A stretch of DNA of 36,140 nucleotides from Candidatus Saccharimonadia bacterium (GCA_023263015.1 JALQXV010000087.1:1-36140); one strand, 5' to 3'; counted from the first letter of the stretch, positions 8,288 to 16,482 are shown. Notes: generated from the sequence alone by a model not told the origin. A program made the numbers and translations.

Positions 8288-9376
8288 TTAGCAAATCTTC
8301 TTTGGAGCAGAAGTGAATGTTCTAGAGCCTGACTTCATAACATCACTGCGGCCGTCCGCATTGTGCTGGAAGGTTTGAGATTTCATTGCCACGAAACGAG
8401 ATATAACTTTAACTCGTGCTCGAACGTTCTTTCCGCCGCCTACGCAAACACCTTCTACGTTAGGGATTGTAACTTTTGGCTGGAGGTATTTTTCTGGAGC
8501 CTTATAGCTAAATGATAGTATTTCGGGAAGACTTGTAACGTGGATTACACTGTTACCAACTTGCTTAAAGGCCTTGCCCTTACCTTTACTTACTTGCACG
8601 CTTAGTTCTTGATGACTTTGTCCAACTTTGTCGCAGTACTCTACGCCGCCACCACTCCAAACCTTAGCACTAACAGACTTGTTAGCCTTGTTATAGGTGA
8701 ACGTAGGATTAGGTGTTTGATTCTTAGGATCTTGAGGGCATGTATCAAATAGTGCCTTGCCACTTCTGTCGCCAAGCCACTCATTTGAGCCTCGCAATGG
8801 ATCGCTCTGGAAACTGGCCAATGGACCAGCAGTGCCAGCTGACTTAAGACTAGAAAAATCTACTGCCTTAAAGCTTGGGCAGAAAACTGCATCGGCTTTG
8901 TTACCGTCTTTTAATGTGATCGACTTAAAGCCAATCTTGTAGCTAGTTTTAGAAGGAGCAGGACATACATATGAGACTTGAGTACTTCCATCAGGAAGCT
9001 GTTGGGCTGATTCAACTTTTTGCGTTACATCTGTGCTTACACCAGGGATAGAATTAATCACCTTAGCGCCAAACTGGTCAGTTGTTACAGGATCGCCTAC
9101 CTGAGCGGCTCGTACTGCAGGCGTCAGATCATCTATATATAGGTTAGTTGCACTTGATTCTACTACCTTAGCTGGTGCGGCATTCGCTTTTGATACACCG
9201 ATTGCTGCTGTTGCTGCAAGCGTTGCACCAAGTGCAGACGCTGCTACAAATAATCTATTTTCTGCCAATCCGGCAAAAAGTCCGCGTTCGGCTGTTGCGG
9301 CATCGCCTAAATGTGCTACACTTAAGTCTTGCCCTTGAGTCAGAACAGCTTCGTGGGAAAAGTCTCGTTCATTCAT
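8288..9376 (-). CDS. Secreted or membrane-anchored protein of unknown family (about 362 aa)
   Basis: Has a hydrophobic segment LFVAASALGATLAATAAIGV followed by SKANA-AP, a signal-peptidase-like site. The mature part has 8 Cys and no motif I recognise. I prefer the ATG at 9376 (MNERDF), with AGGAG 8 nt upstream, over the track TTG at 9400. Confidence 0.7.
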   Translation of the reverse strand: MNERDFSHEAVLTQGQDLSVAHLGDAATAERGLFAGLAENRLFVAASALGATLAATAAIGVSKANAAPAKVVESSATNLYIDDLTPAVRAAQVGDPVTTDQFGAKVINSIPGVSTDVTQKVESAQQLPDGSTQVSYVCPAPSKTSYKIGFKSITLKDGNKADAVFCPSFKAVDFSSLKSAGTAGPLASFQSDPLRGSNEWLGDRSGKALFDTCPQDPKNQTPNPTFTYNKANKSVSAKVWSGGGVEYCDKVGQSHQELSVQVSKGKGKAFKQVGNSVIHVTSLPEILSFSYKAPEKYLQPKVTIPNVEGVCVGGGKNVRARVKVISRFVAMKSQTFQHNADGRSDVMKSGSRTFTSAPKKIC

Positions 9377-9458
9377 CTCATGATCTCCTAATATTGTCAA
9401 TTCGCATTATACCAAAGAACTAGTGTTTTGTCAATTTTTCGTAATTGTTACATAATAT

Positions 9459-10112
9459 CTACCACGACAGAGATATATTCTTCATTTGCTCAACAACTTC
9501 ATCATGGTCAGGCAAGGTATTTTCATCGTAATAGTGCGTAATTGGAAAGTCTGATTCGATCATATTGAGACATAGGAAGTTGGAAGATAGGCTTCTTACC
9601 CGCTCCATTACATCCTCAGAACAAAGCGGAGTGGCTATAATTAACTCCTTAGTAAGCACCGGCTTTAAAAAGTCTGCCGCTACATCAAGCGACAAGCCAT
9701 TCGCAATGCCATCCGACACTACAATAACTACATGGCGCTTGAGTAGATTCTTATCAATCACACCGTCTTTACTGATGATTCGGTTTAGTTTTTGGAAGGT
9801 TTCGAGTCGGAGCTGATCAATAACAGTACGAGATTCAACCGACACTACTTCTAGATCCGCCGCAGACATGGCGTGATTATACGTAAAAGTGCCTGCTGAG
9901 CTCATAGAAGCTAGGGGCACTAATTCTCGAGGTAGAGTCAGGTGCTCAACAGTGAGCATGTATAAAGAAGCGTGGATTTTCTTGGCAATCTCGGCCCCTA
10001 CGGCCGCTCCACCTTCTCCAATTGCTAAGACCGCACAATTTAGACGCTGGTAGTCAGTCATCTGTTCGGCAAGTAGCATGCCTGCTTCGGCGCGGTCTTT
10101 AAAGTAGCGCAT
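9459..10112 (-). CDS. Phosphoribosyltransferase-domain protein with a degenerate PRPP loop
   Basis: 217 aa. The N-terminal YFKDRAEAGMLLAEQM is typical of the 'putative phosphoribosyltransferase' family. The PRPP-loop position reads VVIVVSDGIANGLS instead of the usual hhhhDD-G-x-A-T-G-x-T. Confidence 0.55.
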   Translation of the reverse strand: MRYFKDRAEAGMLLAEQMTDYQRLNCAVLAIGEGGAAVGAEIAKKIHASLYMLTVEHLTLPRELVPLASMSSAGTFTYNHAMSAADLEVVSVESRTVIDQLRLETFQKLNRIISKDGVIDKNLLKRHVVIVVSDGIANGLSLDVAADFLKPVLTKELIIATPLCSEDVMERVRSLSSNFLCLNMIESDFPITHYYDENTLPDHDEVVEQMKNISLSW

Positions 10113-10166
10113 AGCATAAGTGTATCATCATGCTTACGCAAAGAATGCTGTGAATTATTTAACAGT

Positions 10167-11069
10167 CTATTTGTTTAGTTCGTGTCCACCGAACTTATTG
10201 CGCATTGCCGCTAAAAGCTTAGTCGCAAAATTAACATCGCCCTTCTGTGAAGCCAAACGTACGTCAAAAGAAGCTTCAATCGCTGGTAATGGTATGCCCT
10301 TCTCTTTAGCAACTTCAATGGTCCAGCGAGCTTCACCAGACTCGGCCACAAAACCGTCGATCCCCTCTAGTGTTGGGTTTTCACGAATTGCATCACGGGT
10401 TAGTTCGTTGAGCCATGAAGTAACGACACTGCGGTGCTGCCAAACTTCTCCGGCGGCGGCTAGGTCTAACCCTTCGTAGGGACCTTCTTTGAGCATACGA
10501 TAGCCTTCGGCAAGTGATTCCATCATGCCGTATTCAATGGCGTTATGAACCATTTTTACGTAATGACCAGAGCCTGAGGGGCCAAAATGCTGGTAAGCGC
10601 CAGTAGGAGCTGCCAACGTTTCAAAAGCTGGCTTAAGCTGGTCAAAAACTAGTTCTCCGCCGCCAATCATCATTGAGAATCCGTTTTGGTAACCCCATAC
10701 ACCGCCGCTTGTACCAGAATCGAGCAAGGTTGAACCTGCTGCTTCAACTTTTTTGGCACGCTGTTGAGTAAGCCTAAAATCGGAGTTGCCACCGTCGATA
10801 ATGATGCTGCCCTGAGGTAGTATGGCTAGCCACTCTTCAAGCTGATCATCAATCGTCTCGGCTGGAACCATAACCCACAGTACTACTTGTTCACCTTCAA
10901 AGGCCGATACAACATGCTGTTTTTCGTAGGCGGCAGTGGCGCCGTAAGTCACTGCTTGATCAACTTTTTCTGAGCTACGGTTATGAGCAATTACATCGTG
11001 GCCACCTTCGGCTAGTTTTCGAGCAATTTGCATGCCCATTCGTCCAAGTCCTGCTACTGCGATTTTCAT
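10167..11069 (-). CDS. gnd: 6-phosphogluconate dehydrogenase, short (about 300 aa) decarboxylating form
   Basis: N-terminal Rossmann motif MKIAVAGLGRMGMQIARKL. Also GGNS..., HYVKMVHNAIEYGMM and the C-terminal ...FGGH pattern typical of the 6PGDH family. GGAGGG SD lies upstream. Confidence 0.8.
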   Translation of the reverse strand: MKIAVAGLGRMGMQIARKLAEGGHDVIAHNRSSEKVDQAVTYGATAAYEKQHVVSAFEGEQVVLWVMVPAETIDDQLEEWLAILPQGSIIIDGGNSDFRLTQQRAKKVEAAGSTLLDSGTSGGVWGYQNGFSMMIGGGELVFDQLKPAFETLAAPTGAYQHFGPSGSGHYVKMVHNAIEYGMMESLAEGYRMLKEGPYEGLDLAAAGEVWQHRSVVTSWLNELTRDAIRENPTLEGIDGFVAESGEARWTIEVAKEKGIPLPAIEASFDVRLASQKGDVNFATKLLAAMRNKFGGHELNK

Positions 11070-11100
11070 GATGGTCGTCCCTCCGGTTAATCACCCCATT

Positions 11101-11128
11101 ATGACATAGTGGCTACCTCTGTTACAAT
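11101..11128 (+). promoter_or_regulatory. Candidate sigma70-type promoter of ychF (ATGACA-16-TACAAT); the -10 ends 8 nt before the ATG
   Basis: ATGACA at 11101-11106, TACAAT at 11123-11128, ATG at 11137. No Shine-Dalgarno lies between them. Confidence 0.45.
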
Positions 11129-11136
11129 AGACCCAT

Positions 11137-12234
11137 ATGAGTCTATCTATTGCTATCGTTGGTTTGCCAAATGTTGGTAAATCAACCCTATTCAACGCCC
11201 TAACAAACAACAATATTTTGGCTGCAAACTACCCGTTTGCCACAATCGAGCCAAACACTGGCATCGTACCGATCCCCGACTTTCGTTTAGATAAACTAGC
11301 CGAACTATACAACTGTAATAAAGTAGTGCCTGCCACTGTGACTTTTGTAGATGTCGCTGGGCTTGTTAAAGGTGCTAGCCAAGGCGAAGGACTGGGTAAC
11401 CAGTTTTTGAGCCACATTCGCAGCTGTAATGCAGTTTGCCAAGTCGTGCGCGCCTTTTCTGACAGCAACGTACTGCACGTAGATGACACGCCTGACCCAC
11501 TTAAAGACATCGACGTAATTAACACTGAGCTAGTTTTAGCCGATCTGCAAACGGTCGAAAAGCGTTTGCCTCGCATGGCCAAAGAATCTAGGGCCAACCC
11601 AAAGTTAAAACCAGAAGCCGATTTTTTGCAGCTCGTTAAAGAAACTCTCGACAAAGACACGCCACTTCACGCAGTGCCAGAAATAGCTGAACACAAATTG
11701 TCCGACTGGCTTCGCCAAGAGTTACAATTATTGACTCTAAAGCCGATTATGTATCTGTTCAACGTCGACGACGATGTGCTCGCAGACCAATCTAAAAAAG
11801 ACGAATTAGCCCAACTCGTAGCCCCCGCCCGTGCCTTATTTGTCAGCGCCAAGCTCGAAAATGAACTACGCGAACTACCCAGCGAGGACTCAGCTGAGTT
11901 GCTCGAAAGTTACGGTGTCACCGAGTCTGGCCTCGTCCAAGTGATCCATAATGCCTACGATATCCTTGGTCTTCAGAGCTACCTTACAGCTGGCGAAAAA
12001 GAAGTTCGTGCCTGGACGGTTCGCCGCGGGGCAACCGCGCCTCAAGCAGCTGGTGTTATTCATGGCGATTTTGAAAAAGGCTTTATTGCGGCATCTGTTG
12101 TCGACTATAACGATCTTATTGCGGCTGGCTCCGAAACTGCTGCTAAAGCCGCCGGAAAAATGCGCACAGAGGGTAAAGACTACATTATGCAACCAGACGA
12201 TGTGGTGGAGTTTAGGTTTAACGTCTCTAAATAA
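11137..12234 (+). CDS. ychF: Ribosome-binding ATPase YchF
   Basis: 365 aa. IAIVGLPNVGKSTLFNALT P-loop, central coiled-coil insert, and a C-terminal TGS-like RAWT...GDFEKGFI motif. Confidence 0.95.
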   Translation: MSLSIAIVGLPNVGKSTLFNALTNNNILAANYPFATIEPNTGIVPIPDFRLDKLAELYNCNKVVPATVTFVDVAGLVKGASQGEGLGNQFLSHIRSCNAVCQVVRAFSDSNVLHVDDTPDPLKDIDVINTELVLADLQTVEKRLPRMAKESRANPKLKPEADFLQLVKETLDKDTPLHAVPEIAEHKLSDWLRQELQLLTLKPIMYLFNVDDDVLADQSKKDELAQLVAPARALFVSAKLENELRELPSEDSAELLESYGVTESGLVQVIHNAYDILGLQSYLTAGEKEVRAWTVRRGATAPQAAGVIHGDFEKGFIAASVVDYNDLIAAGSETAAKAAGKMRTEGKDYIMQPDDVVEFRFNVSK

Positions 12235-12285
12235 CCGTACTATTTCGTACAGCGTTAGCTCAGCAATTAACCGTATACTTAATTT

Positions 12286-12735
12286 ATGACTCATACCAAA
12301 CTAGCCCTTATTGTGGTTTCACTGTTTGTTCTTACCGTAGCTGGATTTGCTCTGTTCCAGCTTGGAAGCAATCCTAAGCCCAAAACTGAACAAGCTGGAC
12401 AATCAGCGCAAGCTCCGCTTGCTCCTAGTGAACAACAATCCGTCACTCCAGAATCTGACTTTAATATAAACGCATTAGAATTTGATCTAGTTGCTTCAAA
12501 TGTTGCATGTACCGGAAACAACGGCGTTAACACCTGTGCCGGTACTATTACCCTAGTAGAAGGCGGCGGCACAAGTGACCGCGGCATCTTTAAAATTAAT
12601 GATGATACTAAACTTTTGCATGATGGCCTGCCCCAAGAATTAATGTCTCTACAAGAACTTGCTCAGGGGCAAACCAAGGTACGAGTCACACTTGTTCAGG
12701 ACTCACTGGACACGCTCAAAGAGATTAGATATTAG
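12286..12735 (+). CDS. Membrane-anchored hypothetical protein
   Basis: 149 aa. N-terminal TM (LALIVVSLFVLTVAGFALF), a low-complexity Q/P/S linker, then a small C-terminal domain. TATACT at 12274-12279 ends 6 nt before the ATG. Confidence 0.55.
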   Translation: MTHTKLALIVVSLFVLTVAGFALFQLGSNPKPKTEQAGQSAQAPLAPSEQQSVTPESDFNINALEFDLVASNVACTGNNGVNTCAGTITLVEGGGTSDRGIFKINDDTKLLHDGLPQELMSLQELAQGQTKVRVTLVQDSLDTLKEIRY

Positions 12736-12744
12736 TTCAGATAA

Positions 12745-12765
12745 ATACTTGACATTATCAAGTAT
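12745..12765. promoter_or_regulatory. Perfect 8-bp inverted repeat (ATACTTGA-N5-TCAAGTAT) overlapping the -35 of the ABC transporter promoter; candidate operator
   Basis: Read directly: atacttga at 12745-12752 and tcaagtat at 12758-12765. It overlaps the TTGACA at 12749-12754. Confidence 0.4.
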
Positions 12766-12778
12766 CCCACGCTATGCT
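12749..12778 (+). promoter_or_regulatory. Candidate promoter of the ABC transporter operon (TTGACA-18-TATGCT)
   Basis: TTGACA at 12749-12754, TATGCT at 12773-12778, ATG at 12787 (8-nt gap, no SD). Confidence 0.45.
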
Positions 12779-12786
12779 ACTCACTA

Positions 12787-13545
12787 ATGTCTGCACTACA
12801 CGTTGATAAATTAGAGAAAACGTATGCATCTGGGACACAAGCACTTAAGGGAATCAGTTTAGATATTCCTGAAGGTTCTTTCTTTGGTCTACTTGGCCCA
12901 AACGGCGCCGGTAAATCAACCCTAATCCACTGCATCATGGGGCTTGCCATGCCCACCGGCGGAAAAGCCGAAGTTTTTGGTCACGATATCGTTAAAGATT
13001 ACCGTGCTGCCCGCTCATTAGTTGGGCTTGCTCCTCAAGATGTAAACCTTGACTGGTTCCTAACCGTAGAAGAAACGCTTGACTATCACGGTGGTTACTA
13101 CGGCATGCCAAAAAAAGAACGTCGTGAACGAACCGACGAACTACTCGAAGCCTTTTCTCTTACGGAAAAGCGTGAATCTCGTGCCATGCAACTTTCGGGT
13201 GGTATGAAGCGCCGAGTCGTTTTAGCCCGTGCGCTCATGCACAAGCCAAAGATGCTGATCCTTGATGAACCGACCGCTGGTGTTGATGTTGAATTACGTT
13301 TAGACCTCTGGAAATACATGCAAAACGTTAATAAAAAAGACAAGACAACAATCTTACTTACCACCCACTATATCGAAGAAGCCGAGCAACTTTGCGACAA
13401 CCTTGCGCTAATTAACCATGGCCAAATCATTAAAACCGGTACCAGCGCAGAGCTTAAAAAACATTACAAGCAAAAAGACCTCGAAGGTGTTTACTTAGCA
13501 TTAATTGGTCGTGACGAAAAAGCTATTAAGGCAGGTAAAAAGTAA
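12787..13545 (+). CDS. ABC transporter ATP-binding protein (ABC-2/DrrA-like exporter type)
   Basis: Walker A GLLGPNGAGKST, signature LSGGMKRR, Walker B MLILDEPTAGVD. The stop overlaps the start of the permease gene (ATG at 13545). Confidence 0.9.
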   Translation: MSALHVDKLEKTYASGTQALKGISLDIPEGSFFGLLGPNGAGKSTLIHCIMGLAMPTGGKAEVFGHDIVKDYRAARSLVGLAPQDVNLDWFLTVEETLDYHGGYYGMPKKERRERTDELLEAFSLTEKRESRAMQLSGGMKRRVVLARALMHKPKMLILDEPTAGVDVELRLDLWKYMQNVNKKDKTTILLTTHYIEEAEQLCDNLALINHGQIIKTGTSAELKKHYKQKDLEGVYLALIGRDEKAIKAGKK

Positions 13546-14315
13546 TGCCCTACGGTCTACTCCCTTTCTGGACAGTCTTGCGCCGTGAGCTAACACGTTT
13601 CTGGGGCATTAAACGCCAAACAATTCTTGGGCCAGTATTAGAAACTTATCTATATATCAGTGTATTTGGAGCATCACTCGGTAGTCGAATCGACCAGCTC
13701 GACGGCCACCGCTACATCGTATTTATTATCCCTGGCTTATTAATGATGAGCTTTGCTATTAACATCTTCTCGAACAACGCGTCATCTATCATGCAGCAAA
13801 AATTGCAGCGCTCAATTGACGACCAGCTAGCTTCGCCAGTTTCCAATACGCAACTACTACTTGCATACGGACTCGGCGGTTTTGTGCGCGCGCTAGTGAT
13901 CACTGGTATTACCTATGTAACCGCCCTACTTCTAATCCATGACTTGCCAATGGCGCATCCATTCTTATTTGCTCTTAGTTTTATATTAATCGGTCTATTC
14001 TTTGCGATGGCCGGTGTGCTAGTCGGTTTACGAGCTGAAAAGTTTGATGATCTTAGCTTGTATCAAACATTCATCTTGCAGCCGCTTATTTTCTTGGGTG
14101 GCGTGTTCTATTCCGCATCGCTACTACCGCACACGTTCCAAGTGTTAACGCAGTTCAATCCAATCTATTACATGATTAACACCGTTCGCTATTCAATGCT
14201 CGGTACAGCCGACGTAAACGTTGCAATCAGCCTAAGCGTGATTGGCGCTTTTGCCTTAGCGCTCTTTGCAGTTAACTACCATCTGTTCAAGCGCGGCTAT
14301 AAGCTTCGTAGTTAA
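13545..14315 (+). CDS. ABC-2 type transporter permease
   Basis: 256 aa with about 6 predicted TM segments. Translationally coupled to the preceding ATPase. Length and topology are typical of ABC-2 permeases. Confidence 0.8.
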   Translation: MPYGLLPFWTVLRRELTRFWGIKRQTILGPVLETYLYISVFGASLGSRIDQLDGHRYIVFIIPGLLMMSFAINIFSNNASSIMQQKLQRSIDDQLASPVSNTQLLLAYGLGGFVRALVITGITYVTALLLIHDLPMAHPFLFALSFILIGLFFAMAGVLVGLRAEKFDDLSLYQTFILQPLIFLGGVFYSASLLPHTFQVLTQFNPIYYMINTVRYSMLGTADVNVAISLSVIGAFALALFAVNYHLFKRGYKLRS

Positions 14316-14318
14316 TAA

Positions 14319-14356
14319 CAAAAAACACCCAGCTGATACGCTCTGGGTGTTTTTTA
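14319..14356. terminator. Bidirectional intrinsic terminator between convergent genes
   Basis: Stem ACACCCAG (14325-14332) pairs with CTGGGTGT (14343-14350), with a 10-nt loop. An A-run lies upstream and TTTTT downstream, so it reads as hairpin plus U-tract on both strands. Confidence 0.7.
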
Positions 14357-14376
14357 TATAGGAGCTGGTTAGTAGC

Positions 14377-15336
14377 TTATGGCTTCATCTCTTTATGGAT
14401 ATCACCAGCTAGCCCAGCAATCTGGCTCCAGCTACCACCATTTGTCATGATAACTACGACATATTTAGTGTCACCATCAGTCACAATTGCTGCATCTTGG
14501 CGAATATTGCCCGATTCGGTTGCGATGTTAGCTACTAAACATGTAGCACCGCAAGACTTGGGTACACCTTCGCGCATCTTTTGACGATACAAGCCATCAA
14601 AGACAACGCGTCGAGCTTTATCGCTTAATACCTGACCATTTTGAAGGCGGAACAATAGATCGCCCGCATCACGAGCAGAAGTACTCTGTTCTTTGTCTGT
14701 GTACTGAGTTTTCTTAAAGCCTTGGTTTGCAATCAAATTATTAGCATTCTTCATATCCGAAGCGCCTTTAAGCGTTGGAAGGCAGTTTGTGTCCTTAGCA
14801 CTTACGACAGACTCAACACAGTTAGCTAATGTCGTTTTGCCATACTTATATGACCAATTCTTTGAAGGCGACTTGGCCTCGAGTGGAATTGCCAAGAAAA
14901 GATTACTTAAGCCAGGAGCCGTTAGCTGCGCATCGGCATTAATGCTCGCCATGCGATCAGACTTTAAGTCACGAATATAGACTGACCACTTCTGTCCGCC
15001 TGGAATATTCTTTAGTTTGCTCTTAACGTCTTTAGCAAGTTGCTCGTCTTCGCGAGCCTTTAATGTTACGTCTTTAAGTTTGTCTTCTTCACTTGATTTC
15101 TGAGTCGTGCTAATCGGCGCAGATTGGCGCTGCAGCGTCGGCGTTTGAGCCGTCGACTGACGCTGTTCTAAAACATGCATGGTGAGCGCACCGGCTCCAC
15201 CGACAATAAATAAAGCCATCAAGCTAGAAGTCAAAGCTCGAAGGCGTGATGTTCGCTTATTCTCTAACACACCATTGCGGTGGTCAAAGTAGTATACTCG
15301 TTTTTCGCGTCTAAAAGACGGTCGTTTGATTTTCAC
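14377..15336 (-). CDS. Membrane-anchored class A beta-lactamase-fold (serine hydrolase-like) protein, catalytic motifs apparently degenerate
   Basis: GTG start and an N-terminal TM (LMALFIVGGAGALTM). The C-terminal domain follows the Beta-lactamase2-like pattern (WSVYIRDL...INAD, ARDAGDLLFRLQNGQVLS, DAAIV..KYVVVIMTNG). The SxxK position reads SNLF, and I do not see a KTG triad (ATESG). Confidence 0.55.
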   Translation of the reverse strand: MKIKRPSFRREKRVYYFDHRNGVLENKRTSRLRALTSSLMALFIVGGAGALTMHVLEQRQSTAQTPTLQRQSAPISTTQKSSEEDKLKDVTLKAREDEQLAKDVKSKLKNIPGGQKWSVYIRDLKSDRMASINADAQLTAPGLSNLFLAIPLEAKSPSKNWSYKYGKTTLANCVESVVSAKDTNCLPTLKGASDMKNANNLIANQGFKKTQYTDKEQSTSARDAGDLLFRLQNGQVLSDKARRVVFDGLYRQKMREGVPKSCGATCLVANIATESGNIRQDAAIVTDGDTKYVVVIMTNGGSWSQIAGLAGDIHKEMKP

Positions 15337-15482
15337 TTTGTATCTCTTTTTGTTATAGCTTTGGTTTTGGACCAGTCATTTTATTTTCGACTGATTTTTA
15401 ACTTTTAGCTTTTTAACGTTTGTATTGTATTTAGTTTTTAAGAGATTTTTATTTTTGTGTTACCGACGCACTTTGCAACAAC

Positions 15483-15511
15483 CGAAAAACACGCAGACTA
15501 TTTTTGTCTGC
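15483..15511 (-). terminator. Possible intrinsic terminator inside a long ORF-free spacer
   Basis: The minus strand reads GCAGAC-AAAAATA-GTCTGC followed by GTGTTTTTCGG. The stem is only 6 bp, so the call is tentative. Confidence 0.4.
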
Positions 15512-15761
15512 CCTTCACCTAGTCACTGCCTTCTAAACGTACAAATAACTACCCCGAATGTAACACACTGTTTTCCTATCATGCAAATGCTTTTTTAAAC
15601 AATGAAGTGGCGAAAGTTATGTGCTCATACTACCGTCAGTGAACACACAAATTAAGCAGTATATTACCCCTGTTATTACTACTTTCTAGCCAGCAAATAA
15701 CATGAGCTACGCACTGGATTAATAACAAGTTTTCCACAGTACCAAAAAATGTAGTCACTGG

Positions 15762-16481
15762 CTATTTAGGCAAAACAGTAAGCAAGTAAAAACGTTCTTT
15801 GTTGCCCTTTTCGCCAATTACCTGGCTATCGGCTTTATTCTGAATTTTAAAAAGATCCTTAGACCAAGCCTCAAACGACTGCAAAATTTCACGGCGAATC
15901 TTTTCGTTTTTGATTACACCCTTGTGTTTTACATTCGTTTTTATTGCCTCGAACTGCGGTTTCACCATTGCAATAATCTTAGTTTGGCGTGCCGACAAAC
16001 GCGCAACATGCGGCAAGATTTCACGAAGCGAAATAAATGAAACATCAATAACCACATAGTCAGGAACTGCACTCAACTTTTTCATATCTCTTACGTCTGT
16101 TTGCTCGTGCAGTTCAACTCGCTCATTAACTCGAAGAGTTGGGTGTAGCTGATTGGTGCCTACATCAACTGCAATCACCTTTTTAGCCTTATGCTGTAGC
16201 GCATAATCGGTAAAACCGCCGGTACTACTGCCAACATCAAACACAACAGTATCTTTAAAATTTAGATCAAACGTTTTAGCAATCGAAGCTAGTTTTAACC
16301 CTGCCCGAGACACATACTGCTCTTTGGCGTTAAAAGAAATGATGTCCGACTCACGAACCGAATAGCCAGGCTTAGATATAACCCGTTTATTGACAGTTAC
16401 TGCTCCCATGCGTATGAAACTCTCGGCTTGGCTGCGAGTCGGCACCACGCCTTGAGCTAGTAACGCTTGGTCTAGTCGCAT
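15762..16481 (-). CDS. tlyA: TlyA-family rRNA 2'-O-methyltransferase (S4 domain plus FtsJ-like methyltransferase)
   Basis: MRLDQALLAQGVVPTRSQAESFIRMGAVTVN is an S4 RNA-binding domain. VFDVGSSTGGFTDY is the SAM-binding motif. I prefer the ATG at 16481, just after the efp stop; the track start at 16511 overlaps efp. Confidence 0.85.
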   Translation of the reverse strand: MRLDQALLAQGVVPTRSQAESFIRMGAVTVNKRVISKPGYSVRESDIISFNAKEQYVSRAGLKLASIAKTFDLNFKDTVVFDVGSSTGGFTDYALQHKAKKVIAVDVGTNQLHPTLRVNERVELHEQTDVRDMKKLSAVPDYVVIDVSFISLREILPHVARLSARQTKIIAMVKPQFEAIKTNVKHKGVIKNEKIRREILQSFEAWSKDLFKIQNKADSQVIGEKGNKERFYLLTVLPK

Positions 16482-16482
16482 G

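Noticed and set aside
15519-15760. Near-identical direct repeat TAGTCACTG(C/G)C at about 15519-15530 and 15749-15760, bracketing about 230 nt of the ORF-free spacer. Possible att site or target-site duplication.
   Set aside because: A 9-11 nt match within a 425-bp region is close to chance expectation. No recombinase, inverted terminal repeats or compositional break accompany it.
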